This document shows positions 17,846-28,464 of a DNA stretch of 64,000 bases, one piece after another. This DNA comes from Candidatus Subterrananammoxibius californiae. Lineage in GTDB: Bacteria; Planctomycetota; Brocadiia; Brocadiales; Subterrananammoxibiaceae. The notes under the pieces were generated by a model. It saw nothing but the letters and a program-made list of their open reading frames with translations, was not told the DNA's origin and made no database searches. Numbering within the stretch: position 1 is the first letter of the stretch; each line of letters opens with the position of its first letter. The translations under genes were made by a program, and so were the position numbers. The DNA lies in contig JAURAC010000008.1 of the NCBI GenBank assembly GCA_030586555.1, positions 26,582 through 90,581 on the forward strand, written 5' to 3'.

Positions 17846-18103
17846 TTAAATCTCCCTCTGTTTCAATATTAACATGCGCCAGTCAGTATCATTTATCTTA
17901 TCAACTGAAAGCACCTTTTGTCCTTCATTTGTAAGGCTCTTTGGAACATTTTCTGCGGCAGGCTCATGGTCAACTATGACCTCAAGGATTTGCCCAATCC
18001 CCATCTCCTCCAGTGCAAGTTTTGACTTAACGAAGGTATAGGGGCACACTTCACCCTTTAAATCAATCTTTACGTCAGGATTAACTTCGAGCTTTTCCAC
18101 CAC
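17846..18103 (-). CDS. tusA: TusA/SirA sulfur carrier
   Basis: DLKGEVCPY, GQILEVIVD; start approximate. Confidence 0.88.
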   Translation of the reverse strand: MVEKLEVNPDVKIDLKGEVCPYTFVKSKLALEEMGIGQILEVIVDHEPAAENVPKSLTNEGQKVLSVDKINDTDWRMLILKQREI

Positions 18104-18245
18104 TATACTCTCCTGAAAAACCAGAAAATCCATATAAATTATTTACCCTGATTAAGTTATTTTATTATAACATAAAAGACCGTACCTGCAAGCAGGATTT
18201 TTTGCCTACTCTTTTTGGTAACTGCACAGAAATCGTTTATTAGAC

Positions 18246-19493
18246 TTATATAAGTTTAGGCTCAGGCATACTAATCTCTGGCTCTACTCTAAGCTCAGGC
18301 ATTTCTATCTCCCCCATAGGCGTCTTAATCCTTCTTATAATTCTATGGAATAGAACAAAAACAATAATGAAAATAGTCGCTAACCAAATCTCCCAGATTT
18401 CTGAGAAGGATTTTAATGATACCATTGGAATTTTGTTAGAGAATAACAAGGCGATGGGGGAAATCAACATTGCGATTAGTATTTCTATGAGAACTACTCC
18501 AAACAATACCTTTCGGCTTATAAACAACAACGCTATTAGTGATAAACCACCCAGAGAAGCTAACGTTATTCCCCAAACGGATTTGATTGGCGGGGAATAA
18601 AAATAATAAAATGAGCCTGAAAGATGTAATACGATGAGAAGTATTAGAAACAAATGTTTGGTAGTAAATTTCCAATAGGTTTCTGACTGTATGTCAGAGA
18701 ACCACCACTCCCACCATCCTGCGTTTGCCTCTATAAGTTTATTAATTACCCTTTGTGCCGCCTTATTACCAAATTTCGATGCCTCTTTAAAAGCGATTAG
18801 GGCTTCGTCTGATTTTCCTTGCTTCGTTAATATAACCCCTTTCTGGTAAAATAATTCTTTCAATGCATCGGTTTTTCCTTTAAAATGCTCAACACCCTTT
18901 TCACATATATTCAGGCTCCTATCTAATTCTCCCCCTTCGTAAAGTGAGGTTATCCAACCACTCCAGTATTTATATTCATTCAAGTTTATTCCATGCGCCT
19001 TATCGAAAGCCTTGCTTGCCTCCTCCGCATTTCCAGCCTTTAATTGCACTCGCCCCTTATTATACCAAGCCTCTGCGAATAGTTTGTCTATCTCGATTGC
19101 CTTATCATAGCAAGCGATTTCCTCTTCATGCCTGCCTAAATTCTCTAATGCAAGTCCCTTACCAAGCCATGCTGATGCAAATTGTGGGTTTATCCTGATT
19201 GCCTCATCATGGCAGCGGATTGCCTCTTCATTCCTGCCCAGATTCCGCAGGGCGCCACCCTTGCCGTGCCATGCCCATTCAAGTTGAGATTGTATTTCTA
19301 TTGCTTTATCAAAGCAGGTGATTGCCCCCTCGTATCTGTATAGTCTGCGTAAGGCAAACCCTTTTTGAACCCATGCCTCTGCATTTTGTGGGTCTATCTC
19401 AATTGCCTTATTAAAGCAGGTATTTGCCTCCTCATACTTACCTGACTTGTATAAGGCATTACCCTTATCAAACCATTCTTTTGCGTCATTCAT
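18246..19493 (-). CDS. TPR-repeat protein with C-terminal transmembrane helices
   Basis: Repeated AW..KG.AL..LGR.EEA..C.DKAI.I.P; hydrophobic C-terminus. Confidence 0.8.
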   Translation of the reverse strand: MNDAKEWFDKGNALYKSGKYEEANTCFNKAIEIDPQNAEAWVQKGFALRRLYRYEGAITCFDKAIEIQSQLEWAWHGKGGALRNLGRNEEAIRCHDEAIRINPQFASAWLGKGLALENLGRHEEEIACYDKAIEIDKLFAEAWYNKGRVQLKAGNAEEASKAFDKAHGINLNEYKYWSGWITSLYEGGELDRSLNICEKGVEHFKGKTDALKELFYQKGVILTKQGKSDEALIAFKEASKFGNKAAQRVINKLIEANAGWWEWWFSDIQSETYWKFTTKHLFLILLIVLHLSGSFYYFYSPPIKSVWGITLASLGGLSLIALLFISRKVLFGVVLIEILIAMLISPIALLFSNKIPMVSLKSFSEIWEIWLATIFIIVFVLFHRIIRRIKTPMGEIEMPELRVEPEISMPEPKLI

Positions 19494-19689
19494 AGGAAAT
19501 TGCTCCTGCTTTCTCTAAATACCTTTAGATTCGCTTCGCTCACTACAGGGATGCGCTAATTATACTACCAATTGAAAAGGAATCAAGCAGGAAAAGCAGC
19601 CGTTCTGGGCTTGCCGAAAGCTTGGTAAAAAGATTTGTTAACGAATGTCATTGCGTGGGGCTTAAGATGGCATGAATGGGCTGTAAAAA

Positions 19690-19744
19690 TTTAACAAAAT
19701 CTTAATGGAGTCTTTATATTTTCTTAATATGTTTATTGTATACT
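19690..19744 (+). promoter_or_regulatory. Pho-box-like array and -10 box
   Basis: YTTWAY at 19690, 19701, 19712, 19723 (11-bp period); TATACT at 19739. Confidence 0.7.
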
Positions 19745-19797
19745 AAGAAAGAGAAAATTCAGTTTAAGTAATGGATTCAGGATGAAAGGGAAACCCA

Positions 19798-20253
19798 ATG
19801 GATAGTATCGGTGCAATAATAAAAAGATTGAGTGATGGCACATCCAGGGTCTTTGAAGGATTGGCAAAGGTTGTTTTGAGCATTCTCATGGGGGCCATTC
19901 TCTTTACCATGGGTTGGGCGGTATTCAAGCTCTTCGCTGGTCTAATAATCTCCTTTAAGGCTGACATACATGAATCCCTTAAGACCGTCATAGTGAATAG
20001 CCTGACCATTCTTGCCCTCTTAGAGGTGTTCAGAACCACCCTCGCTTACTTCTCCGAAGGGCGCGTAAAGGTTACCTATATTATTGATACAGTCCTTGTG
20101 GTTATCCTTACCGAGGTCATGGCGTTCTGGTTCAGAGATTTAGATTGGGGGAAGGTTTTTATGATGATAGCTTTGGTTCTTTCGCTTGTTGTTACGAGAA
20201 TCCTGGCAATAAGATTTTCCCCTGGTAATGTAAAAACGAGCGAGGAGCTTTAA
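19798..20253 (+). CDS. Phosphate-starvation-inducible PsiE-family membrane protein
   Basis: 4 TM; L..LA.LE.FRT..Y..EG.V.V..IID...V....E; heads the pst cluster. Confidence 0.75.
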   Translation: MDSIGAIIKRLSDGTSRVFEGLAKVVLSILMGAILFTMGWAVFKLFAGLIISFKADIHESLKTVIVNSLTILALLEVFRTTLAYFSEGRVKVTYIIDTVLVVILTEVMAFWFRDLDWGKVFMMIALVLSLVVTRILAIRFSPGNVKTSEEL

Positions 20254-20326
20254 AATCAGAAAGGAGAATTATGGGCAAAGAACAAATTGGAAAAGGTGTA
20301 TTAATGGAACATTTGGTAGAAAGGGT

Positions 20327-20716
20327 ATGATAATGGAAACGATTTTGTTGATTGAGAGGGATGATAACCAACGGTTGTTGTATGAGAAGGCTTTGATTGA
20401 CGAAGGGTATAAGGTGATACCCACTAAAACTGCAAGGGAATCACTTTTAGTATTAAGAACTAATACACCCGATGTGGTAGTGTTGGACATAATGGTGCCG
20501 GACATGGATGGGTCAGAATTACTTGGAAGGCTTATAGCCGTCGAGAAAAAAGTTCCAATTATCATCCACACCGCTTACAAAGGTTTTAGCTACAGATTTA
20601 TGTCATCGGCTGCCGAGGCGTTTGTACTTAAGTCCACGGATTTAACGGAACTCAAAAATCGAATCAGAGAAAATATTAAGATGGCTCACCTGAAGTACAA
20701 CTATGTAAACAACTAA
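20327..20716 (+). CDS. Single-domain response regulator receiver
   Basis: ILLIERDD, VVLDI.VPDMDG, IIHTAY, K. Confidence 0.85.
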   Translation: MIMETILLIERDDNQRLLYEKALIDEGYKVIPTKTARESLLVLRTNTPDVVVLDIMVPDMDGSELLGRLIAVEKKVPIIIHTAYKGFSYRFMSSAAEAFVLKSTDLTELKNRIRENIKMAHLKYNYVNN

Positions 20717-20734
20717 TGAAGAAAGGAGGGGAAA

Positions 20735-22123
20735 ATGAAGTTAAGGTTTGTTTTGACATTATTTGCAGTGGCATTTTTTGTCTGCAAGGGTGCTCACGGA
20801 CAAACAAGTTTGTCCATGCCACCCGATGTTTCTGGGGAAGACCTCAAGGCTCAGGTTGAGCGCATGGAACGGATGTTAGAGGAACAGCAAAAGCAAATTA
20901 GTGAGCTAAAGCATGTTTTAGAGGAAAAAACTAAAGAGAAGGAGGTTAAGGAAGCAGTAAAAGATGAAAAGATTGAGGAGGTGGTTGAGAAATATTTAGA
21001 AAAAGAGGAAACGAAGGAAAAGTTTGCGGAGCTTGGGCTTTCACCAAATCTAAAAATGGGTTACAAGAAGGGTTTCTACCTCGAAACACTCGATGAGAAA
21101 TTTAAGCTTCGATTTCAGGGAGGACTCCAGTTTCGTTATGAGTTTCTTGATAGGAACGAGGGTGAAGAAGATACCAGTTCGTTTTTAATAAGACGTGCAA
21201 GGATGATATTGGAAGGTAACGCATTTAGCCCAAATATAAAATACAAACTCCAGGCAGGTTTTGACAAAGGCACTGATTTTAATCTTCTCGATTATTACTT
21301 TAATATGACCCACATCCCCCCTTTAAACGTCCAGTTTGGACAGTTCAAGGCGCCGTTTAACAGACAGCGTATAACCTCAAGTGGTAATCTACAGTTAGTT
21401 GACCGTTCAACGGCAAATGAGGTATTTAACCTCGACCGACAGATAGGTATGATGCTCCATTCCATGTTGTTTGATAAGCGGTTTGAATATGGGTTCGGCG
21501 TCTTCAACGGCAGTTCTGTTACTGGGGTAGATGCATCGAGCGGTAGAAACTTGAAAGAAAATGATAATAATAGGCACCTCTTTGTGCTTAGAGCCGCCTA
21601 CAATCCATTCGGTGAGTTCGGATACTCTGAATCGGACGTTGAATTTTCTGAAAAGTTGAAGGCGACCATTGCTGGCGCAGCCGGTTACAGTTCCGACGAG
21701 ATTACGGTAAGCGGTAGCGAAGAAGATGTTGACACGACACGACTCGTGGGCGAACTGGGTTTAAAGTATCGTGGTTTCTCTTTCCTGACAGAGGGATATT
21801 ATAGGCATCGCGATGCCGGTGATTTGAGTGGAATAGTTAGCAGGGGAAATATAGCGGACAATGGCTTTTTCACACAGGCAGGATATTTTATCATCCCTAA
21901 GCGCCTTGAAATTGCTGGAAGACACTCTTTTGTTGATTTTGATGATGATGTGCCATTGGGGGGCGTTGACGAGCTAAGGGAGTACACTGGTGGTATAAAC
22001 TACTTCTTTGAGGGTCACCGCTCCAAGCTACAGGCTAATATAGTGAGGGTTGAGGAAGACTTGCTCACTGGTGAAGATGAAAAAGACAATAAGTTCCAGT
22101 TGCAATATCAGATTTACTTTTAA
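20735..22123 (+). CDS. Phosphate-selective porin OprO/OprP family
   Basis: Signal peptide, coiled coil, F.IRRAR, FGQFKAPF, terminal aromatic YQIYF; upstream of pstS. Confidence 0.82.
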   Translation: MKLRFVLTLFAVAFFVCKGAHGQTSLSMPPDVSGEDLKAQVERMERMLEEQQKQISELKHVLEEKTKEKEVKEAVKDEKIEEVVEKYLEKEETKEKFAELGLSPNLKMGYKKGFYLETLDEKFKLRFQGGLQFRYEFLDRNEGEEDTSSFLIRRARMILEGNAFSPNIKYKLQAGFDKGTDFNLLDYYFNMTHIPPLNVQFGQFKAPFNRQRITSSGNLQLVDRSTANEVFNLDRQIGMMLHSMLFDKRFEYGFGVFNGSSVTGVDASSGRNLKENDNNRHLFVLRAAYNPFGEFGYSESDVEFSEKLKATIAGAAGYSSDEITVSGSEEDVDTTRLVGELGLKYRGFSFLTEGYYRHRDAGDLSGIVSRGNIADNGFFTQAGYFIIPKRLEIAGRHSFVDFDDDVPLGGVDELREYTGGINYFFEGHRSKLQANIVRVEEDLLTGEDEKDNKFQLQYQIYF

Positions 22124-22125
22124 TC

Positions 22126-22180
22126 CTTAACAAAATCTTAATGCAATCTTAACGCAATCTTAACAATTTATCGGTATAAT
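22126..22180 (+). promoter_or_regulatory. Pho-box-like array and -10 box of pstS
   Basis: CTTAAY at 22126, 22137, 22148, 22159 (11-bp period); TATAAT at 22175. Confidence 0.8.
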
Positions 22181-22195
22181 GAGGAGGGTTTTGAA

Positions 22196-23218
22196 ATGAA
22201 AGGACTGAGGATTCTTGTATTTCCAATAGTGATTCTTTTTTGTAGGGGGGTATTGCAATACGCCCCTACCTTAGCCGATGCTGCTGAAGTCATAAAGGTT
22301 GACGGTTCTTCAACGGTCTATCCTATAACAGAAGCCGTTGCGGAGGAATTCCAGAAATCGGAGAGGGGAAAGACGAATGTAACCGTTGGTATTTCTGGCA
22401 CTGGGGGTGGCTTTAAGAAGTTTGGTCTGGGCGAGACGGATATAAGCGACGCCTCAAGACCTATAAAGCCTACCGAGGTTGAACTCTGCAAGAAGAATGG
22501 CATAGAATACATTGAACTTCCTGTTGCATACGATGGCTTAGCAGTTATGGTAAATCCGAAGAATAATTGGATTGACTACTTGACCGTGAAGGAGTTAAAG
22601 AAGATATGGGAGCCAGAAGCCCAGAGGAAGATTACAAGGTGGAATCAAATTCGTCCTGACTGGCCGGATAAGGAGATACACCTCTTTGGTGCCGGGGTTG
22701 ATTCTGGAACATACGACTATTTTACAGAAGCCATTGTTGGCAAAGAGCATGCCAGCCGTGGAGACTATACTGCCAGCGAGGATGACAACGTCCTTGTTCA
22801 GGGGATAGCCACGGATGTACTTGCCATAGGTTTCTTCGGGGTGGCATACTATGAGAATAATAAGGACAGGTTAAAGCTCGTGCCAATTGACGATGAAAAC
22901 CCTGAAAATGGGAAGGGACCAATTCTGCCGGAATATGAAGATGTACTGAATGGCACATACCAGCCGCTTGCAAGGCCGATATTTATCTATGTGAATAAGA
23001 AATCTGCCGAAAGACCTGAGATACAGAGATTTGTCGAATTTTATATGAAAGAGGGCGGTGAACTTTCAAAAGAGGTTGGTTACATTGCCTTGCCAGAGAA
23101 GGCTTATGAACTTGCTCTCGAGAGATTTAAAAAGCGCATGGTTGGGTCTGTGTTTGGTGGCAGAGGCTCACAGACTGGTGTGAAGATTGAGGATTTATTG
23201 CAAAAGGAAGCAAAATAA
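22196..23218 (+). CDS. pstS: Phosphate ABC transporter substrate-binding protein
   Basis: DGSSTV.P, SGTGGG, DASR, DSGT.DYF, YQPLARP. Confidence 0.93.
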   Translation: MKGLRILVFPIVILFCRGVLQYAPTLADAAEVIKVDGSSTVYPITEAVAEEFQKSERGKTNVTVGISGTGGGFKKFGLGETDISDASRPIKPTEVELCKKNGIEYIELPVAYDGLAVMVNPKNNWIDYLTVKELKKIWEPEAQRKITRWNQIRPDWPDKEIHLFGAGVDSGTYDYFTEAIVGKEHASRGDYTASEDDNVLVQGIATDVLAIGFFGVAYYENNKDRLKLVPIDDENPENGKGPILPEYEDVLNGTYQPLARPIFIYVNKKSAERPEIQRFVEFYMKEGGELSKEVGYIALPEKAYELALERFKKRMVGSVFGGRGSQTGVKIEDLLQKEAK

Positions 23219-23220
23219 AA

Positions 23221-24114
23221 TTGGGTTACAGACGAGTACAAAAAGTAAAAGAAAGGCTTATTGAGAGGGTGCTTTTTTTGAGTGCCCTCTTTTCTTTTTT
23301 TATAACATTCGGGATAGTAGGTGTTCTAATATTTGAGACCTTTGAGTTTTTTAAGGTAGTATCAATTATTGACTTTTTAATTGATACCCAGTGGACGCCA
23401 CTTTTTGCCGAGAAGCACTTCGGCATTCTTGCGCTTTTTGCAGGCACATTCCTTACGACCATTATAGCCATGGCGGTGGCATTACCCGTTGGACTTATAT
23501 GCGCAATCTACCTGAGTGAATATGCACCTGCTAAAGTGAGGACTGTAACAAAACCAATCCTTGAGGTCTTGGGAGCAGTTCCTACTGTCGTTTATGGCTA
23601 CTTTGCATTGCTCTTTGTTACGCCGCTATTACAGCGGTTCATCCCTGGACTTTCTGGTTTTAACGCCTTGAGTCCAGGAATAGTTATGGGTGTAATGATA
23701 ATTCCTATAGTCTCCTCCCTGAGTGAGGATGCAATGCATGTCGTACCAATGAGTTTAAAAGAGGGCGCACTTGCGCTCGGCTCAACGAGGTTTCAAGTTG
23801 CACTAAAGGTTGTTGTACCGGCGGCGTTTTCAGGCATTGCAGCATCGTTTATATTAGGTATATCAAGGGCAATTGGTGAGACGATGATTGTTGCTGTTGC
23901 CGCAGGATTACAGCCACGACTTACATTGAATCCTCTTGTTCCAATAGAGACCATAACGGCTTATATCGTACAGGTAAGCCTCGGTGATACACCTGCGGGA
24001 ACGCTTGAATACAGGACAATATTTGCAGCAGGCATGTGTTTATTTGTGGTTACTTTTGTTACAAATGTATTTGGCTACTTACTAAGGAGAAGGTTCAGAG
24101 AAGTATATGAATAA
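23221..24114 (+). CDS. pstC: Phosphate ABC transporter permease
   Basis: YLSEYAP, VPTVVYG, EAA-like loop, SRAIGETM. Confidence 0.93.
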   Translation: MGYRRVQKVKERLIERVLFLSALFSFFITFGIVGVLIFETFEFFKVVSIIDFLIDTQWTPLFAEKHFGILALFAGTFLTTIIAMAVALPVGLICAIYLSEYAPAKVRTVTKPILEVLGAVPTVVYGYFALLFVTPLLQRFIPGLSGFNALSPGIVMGVMIIPIVSSLSEDAMHVVPMSLKEGALALGSTRFQVALKVVVPAAFSGIAASFILGISRAIGETMIVAVAAGLQPRLTLNPLVPIETITAYIVQVSLGDTPAGTLEYRTIFAAGMCLFVVTFVTNVFGYLLRRRFREVYE

Positions 24115-24243
24115 CCCCCCCCCTTTCTCCCCTCTTGATAGAGGGGAGACCTCTATTGCTCCCCTCTAAAAAGAGGGGATTGGGGTGTGTTTCGCAACGG
24201 CATCCGCCTGAGGCGGACTGTACTCCGTAACAAATGGAAAATT

Positions 24244-25140
24244 ATGAGCAGAAAATTTCTGAATAAAGTGTATGACAAATCATTTTCTGTTGTCGGCATT
24301 CTTGCAACCTTTTTTGGTCTTGCTGTACTTTTGGTGCTTATAATTGATGTTGTTACTGACGGTGCTTCAAGACTCGGCTGGCAGTTCTTTACAAGCTATC
24401 CATCAAGAAAACCAGAAAATGCAGGTATACTTTCTTCATGGGTTGGTACTGTAAGTATTGTAGCGCTGACAGGTATTATTACATTTCCCCTGGGTGTTGC
24501 GGCAGCAATATATCTTGAGGAATATAGTAGAAAGAACTGGCTCAGGGATTTTATAGAGATAAATATTGCAAACCTTGCCGGCGTACCTTCTATCATCTAC
24601 GGCTTGCTGGGACTGGGACTTTTTGTAAGATTAATGAACATGGGCAGGAGCCTTATAGCAGGAGCAATGACCCTTGCGATACTTGTGCTCCCGATTGTAA
24701 TACTTTCAACAAGAGAAGCCTTAAGGGCAGTACCTTTATCAATTAGAGAGGCATCGTATGCACTGGGCGCAACCAAGTGGCAGACTATCAGAAATCAGGT
24801 ACTGCCTTCCGCAATATCAGGTATCCTGACAGGGATGATTCTTGCAATGTCGAGGGCAATAGGTGAGACGGCGCCACTTATAACGATAGGCGCTTTAACC
24901 TACGTTGCATTCTTACCCACAAGCCCGGTATCGTTAGAGTTTCCTTATATAAATTTTCAGTGGCTTTTTGACGCCTTTACAGCCCTGCCAATCCAGATAT
25001 TTAACTGGGTCTCACGCCCTCAAAAAGGCTTTTCAATAAATGCAGCGGCTGGTATAATAGTGCTTCTTATAATTACGTTGCTTATGAACTCAGTTGCGAT
25101 ATATTTAAGACACAAGTATGAAAAAAAGACAAGGTGGTAA
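24244..25140 (+). CDS. pstA: Phosphate ABC transporter permease
   Basis: [32 protein letters not shown]; upstream 24187 start lies in repeats. Confidence 0.93.
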   Translation: MSRKFLNKVYDKSFSVVGILATFFGLAVLLVLIIDVVTDGASRLGWQFFTSYPSRKPENAGILSSWVGTVSIVALTGIITFPLGVAAAIYLEEYSRKNWLRDFIEINIANLAGVPSIIYGLLGLGLFVRLMNMGRSLIAGAMTLAILVLPIVILSTREALRAVPLSIREASYALGATKWQTIRNQVLPSAISGILTGMILAMSRAIGETAPLITIGALTYVAFLPTSPVSLEFPYINFQWLFDAFTALPIQIFNWVSRPQKGFSINAAAGIIVLLIITLLMNSVAIYLRHKYEKKTRW

Positions 25141-25145
25141 AAGTA

Positions 25146-26015
25146 ATGGCAGATAGTACGCTTAAGGTTGAAAGATTAAATGCTCTTCGTCCTGAGGGTG
25201 AAAAACAGGTTCCCAGGCTTGCTTTTCATGGCTTAAAGGACCCACCGGCGGGGGTACTAATGCTTACTGCATTCAAGATTGAGGGATTAAGTGCTTTCTA
25301 TGGCGAGAAGCAGGTATTAAAAGGTGTGAGCCTTGAGATACTTGCAAAATCTGTCACCGCTGTCATAGGTCCTTCAGGCTGTGGAAAGAGTACATTCATC
25401 AGGTGTTTAAACAGGATGAATGACTTAATACCAACGTTCAAGCTTGACGGTAAAATCCTATATAACGGAACAGATATAAATTCAAAAGAAATTGATGTTG
25501 TTGATATTAGAAGGCAGATAGGCATGGTCTTTCAGAAGCCGAACCCATTTCCAAAGAGTGTCTATGAAAATATCGCCTACGGACTAAGAATTCAGGGGAT
25601 AAAAAACAGGAAGGTCCTTGACAGCGTTGTCGAAGAAAGTCTGAAAAAAGCAGCAATATGGGATGAGGTAAAGGATAGACTCTATGACTCTGCACTTTCT
25701 CTTTCGGGTGGCCAACAGCAAAGACTCTGCATAGCAAGGGCGCTCGCTGTTAAGCCGGAGGTTATCCTGATGGATGAACCTTGCTCTGCCCTTGACCCCA
25801 CTGCCACTGCAAAGATTGAAGAGCTAATGGCTGATTTAAAATCTTCGTATACCGTAATCATTGTCACACACAATATGCAGCAGGCAGCCAGGGTTTCTGA
25901 TAATGCAGCTTTCCTACTTCATGGAGAACTTATTGAATATGACCTTACTGAAAGGATGTTTACCAATCCTCAGAAGAAGGTTACCGAAGATTATATTACT
26001 GGACGATTTGGATAA
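25146..26015 (+). CDS. pstB: Phosphate ABC transporter ATPase
   Basis: [39 protein letters not shown]. Confidence 0.95.
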   Translation: MADSTLKVERLNALRPEGEKQVPRLAFHGLKDPPAGVLMLTAFKIEGLSAFYGEKQVLKGVSLEILAKSVTAVIGPSGCGKSTFIRCLNRMNDLIPTFKLDGKILYNGTDINSKEIDVVDIRRQIGMVFQKPNPFPKSVYENIAYGLRIQGIKNRKVLDSVVEESLKKAAIWDEVKDRLYDSALSLSGGQQQRLCIARALAVKPEVILMDEPCSALDPTATAKIEELMADLKSSYTVIIVTHNMQQAARVSDNAAFLLHGELIEYDLTERMFTNPQKKVTEDYITGRFG

Positions 26016-26065
26016 TATGTGATACGCTGTAAAAGTAAAGGCAAAAAGGCAAAAAGGGGTAAACT

Positions 26066-26743
26066 ATGACAAAGCGTTTTGAAGAAGAGCTTGCGGAACT
26101 TAAGAAATGTACCCTTAAAATGGGCAACCTTGTAGAGATAGCTATAAGTAAGTCAATAAAGGCGCTCCTTGATAGGGATGTAAAATTAGCCGAGGAAGTT
26201 ATTGGTGCAGATGATGACATTAATCATATAGAAATAGTTATTGATGAGAAGTGTCTTGATTTGCTTGCCCTTCGCCAGCCTGTTGCAATTGATTTACGGT
26301 TTATCGCTGCAATCATGAAAATGAATGGTGAACTTGAAAGAATTGGCGACCTGGCGGTAAACATTGCCGAAAGGGCGAAATATCTTGCAACGCAACCAGA
26401 GCTTAAGATATCTTTAGACTTCACGAGGATGATGGAATTTACTCAAAAGATGGTTAGGGAAAGCCTCGATGCCCTTGTAAACAAGGATGCAAAACTGGCA
26501 CGAAAAGTCTGCCTGGAGGATGATGTTGTTGATGACCTCAACAGGCAAATGTTCCTCGAACTAATAGAGCACATGAAGGAAGACCCGGAAACCATAGAAC
26601 GCTCCACGCACCTTATGCTTGTCTCAAGACACCTTGAGCGGATTGCAGACCAGGCAACTAATATTGCTGAAGATGTGGTTTATATGGTCGAAGGCAAGAT
26701 TATTAAACATCATGCAGAAGACTACTGCACAATACCCAGGTAA
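26066..26743 (+). CDS. phoU: Phosphate transport regulator
   Basis: QPVA.DLR, ERIGD.A.NIA, LERIAD.ATNIAE. Confidence 0.95.
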   Translation: MTKRFEEELAELKKCTLKMGNLVEIAISKSIKALLDRDVKLAEEVIGADDDINHIEIVIDEKCLDLLALRQPVAIDLRFIAAIMKMNGELERIGDLAVNIAERAKYLATQPELKISLDFTRMMEFTQKMVRESLDALVNKDAKLARKVCLEDDVVDDLNRQMFLELIEHMKEDPETIERSTHLMLVSRHLERIADQATNIAEDVVYMVEGKIIKHHAEDYCTIPR

Positions 26744-26790
26744 AAGGTTAAGGGATCAACAAATTTTTTGCCTTTTTACCTCTTAGCCTT

Positions 26791-27375
26791 CTACCATCTG
26801 AGCCTTTGTTCAATTCTGGTATTGTATCTGTCACCCCATGGTAAAAGTTTAAGGGCTTGAACCCGTTCTTCCTTTTCATCCTTTGCCTTGCTGAACAGGA
26901 TATTAAACTGCTGCTGGCCAAGTTTCATGCGTTCGAGATTTTTTTTGGCTTGAAAATCCTCCGGGTAGAGCTTAAGCGCCTCAACATACCCCGAAGCAGC
27001 ATTGGCATAGTCCATTTCTGTTGCCATGATATTAGCCATGTTATAGATTGTCTTTGCCTTCAACATTGGGTCATTACTTTGGGTTGCCTTCCTAAAACAT
27101 GGTTGCGCATCCTTGGAGTTACCGAGCAGCATAAATGCCACACCTGTGTTGTAGGAAAGCACGGGGTCTTCCCTGTCTAATAATTTCAGGAATTTATTAA
27201 CCTTTGAAGATTTGGCTTGCTGCAGATGCTCTAAGGCTGCAACATACCTTCCCATCTTAATGTCCCTTTCGGCTTCAGCAACAAGATGGTACTGATTACG
27301 AAAGGCAAAGCCATAGGCAATCATCCCGATGGCTAAAGCAACGGATGATAACTTTATAATATTCTTCGTTTCCAT
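26791..27375 (-). CDS. TPR protein (MxaK/BatC-like)
   Basis: N-terminal anchor, YN.G/YN.AN TPRs, AL.L.P.D..AK.NLE. Confidence 0.7.
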   Translation of the reverse strand: METKNIIKLSSVALAIGMIAYGFAFRNQYHLVAEAERDIKMGRYVAALEHLQQAKSSKVNKFLKLLDREDPVLSYNTGVAFMLLGNSKDAQPCFRKATQSNDPMLKAKTIYNMANIMATEMDYANAASGYVEALKLYPEDFQAKKNLERMKLGQQQFNILFSKAKDEKEERVQALKLLPWGDRYNTRIEQRLRW

Positions 27376-27449
27376 TTAAAACGTCCTAATAAGATTGTAT
27401 AATGGAAATTATAAATTTAAAATTTCCAAATTTCAATTGATTTTACTAT

Positions 27450-28463
27450 TTACGGAATTTTAAGCCATATATTTTCAACTGCTATCATGCCAAGCAAAAA
27501 GAATAAACTCGCCATGGCAGGATAAAAAAAGATGTCCCTTTTCTTTGAAACTGTTTCTATTACAATTTTATCCGCCTCAATTTTATCTACCTCGTTGTAA
27601 AATCTCTGTACATCCTCATACTTTTCCCCTTCAAAGTAATGCCCGCCTGTGGATTCTGCGCCCTTCTTGAGAGCGGCTATTCTTTCCGCTGCCTGGTTTG
27701 GTTCAACGCCTGTCTCTGCCGATGGGTTTACGGTAATGACATGCACCCTTATACCAAGCCTTTGAGCAAGCCGTAACGGCCTTTCCGGGTCTATTCCAAC
27801 ATTGTATATTCCATCGGTAAAGAGTATAATAAGCTTGTTTTTCTGTGTGCCAATTTCTCTAACTAACGAGAGTGCATACTCCCCTAACTGTCGTTTGTTT
27901 ATGCTGTCCCTTATCTTTCTTATCTCAAATTTATTCCCCATTTCCTTTTCTATTAAGGCTGTAATGGATGTAAAAATCCCCTCGCCAATAGCCGTGCGGT
28001 AGCCAATCTGCGAGGCGTCAATTCGGTCCACTGATTTTTCGATTAAGGAATATTCATTGGTGGGTAATACTATAAGGGCGGCATCTGTTCCATAGATTGT
28101 AATACCGATTAAATCGTTTACCCTTTTCTTTGCAAAATCCTTAACGGCGTTCTTAATAGCTTGCATAGCCTTACCTGTCATGCTAAATGATGTATCAATT
28201 GCAAGTATCATCTCACGTCCCTGCAATACAAATTCTGTTTCCTGATAACTCGTCTGCGGACGCGCTACGGCAACGCTTGCAAATAGTATTGCAAAAAGTA
28301 AAAACCGTCTCGGCAAGCGTAACAGAATCTTTCCAAATCCCCTTACTTCGTTAAGGTTTGCTGTGCTGGAATATTCTACGTACCTCCTTTCACCCCTGAA
28401 AAGGGAAAGCAATATGAAAAATAACGGTATAAGTAAAAGTGCAAAGGGATTAGCAAAATTCAT
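27450..28463 (-). CDS. Membrane VWA protein (MxaC/BatA-like)
   Basis: MNF.NP..L, ARPQ, MIDAS DTSFS, TAIG, FTDG, C-terminal TM. Confidence 0.85.
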   Translation of the reverse strand: MNFANPFALLLIPLFFILLSLFRGERRYVEYSSTANLNEVRGFGKILLRLPRRFLLFAILFASVAVARPQTSYQETEFVLQGREMILAIDTSFSMTGKAMQAIKNAVKDFAKKRVNDLIGITIYGTDAALIVLPTNEYSLIEKSVDRIDASQIGYRTAIGEGIFTSITALIEKEMGNKFEIRKIRDSINKRQLGEYALSLVREIGTQKNKLIILFTDGIYNVGIDPERPLRLAQRLGIRVHVITVNPSAETGVEPNQAAERIAALKKGAESTGGHYFEGEKYEDVQRFYNEVDKIEADKIVIETVSKKRDIFFYPAMASLFFLLGMIAVENIWLKIP

Positions 28464-28464
28464 A

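Noticed and set aside
5527..18103. Selenocysteine read-through in the sulfur-relay genes
   Set aside because: All expected catalytic positions are Cys codons in uninterrupted frames; no in-frame TGA is needed
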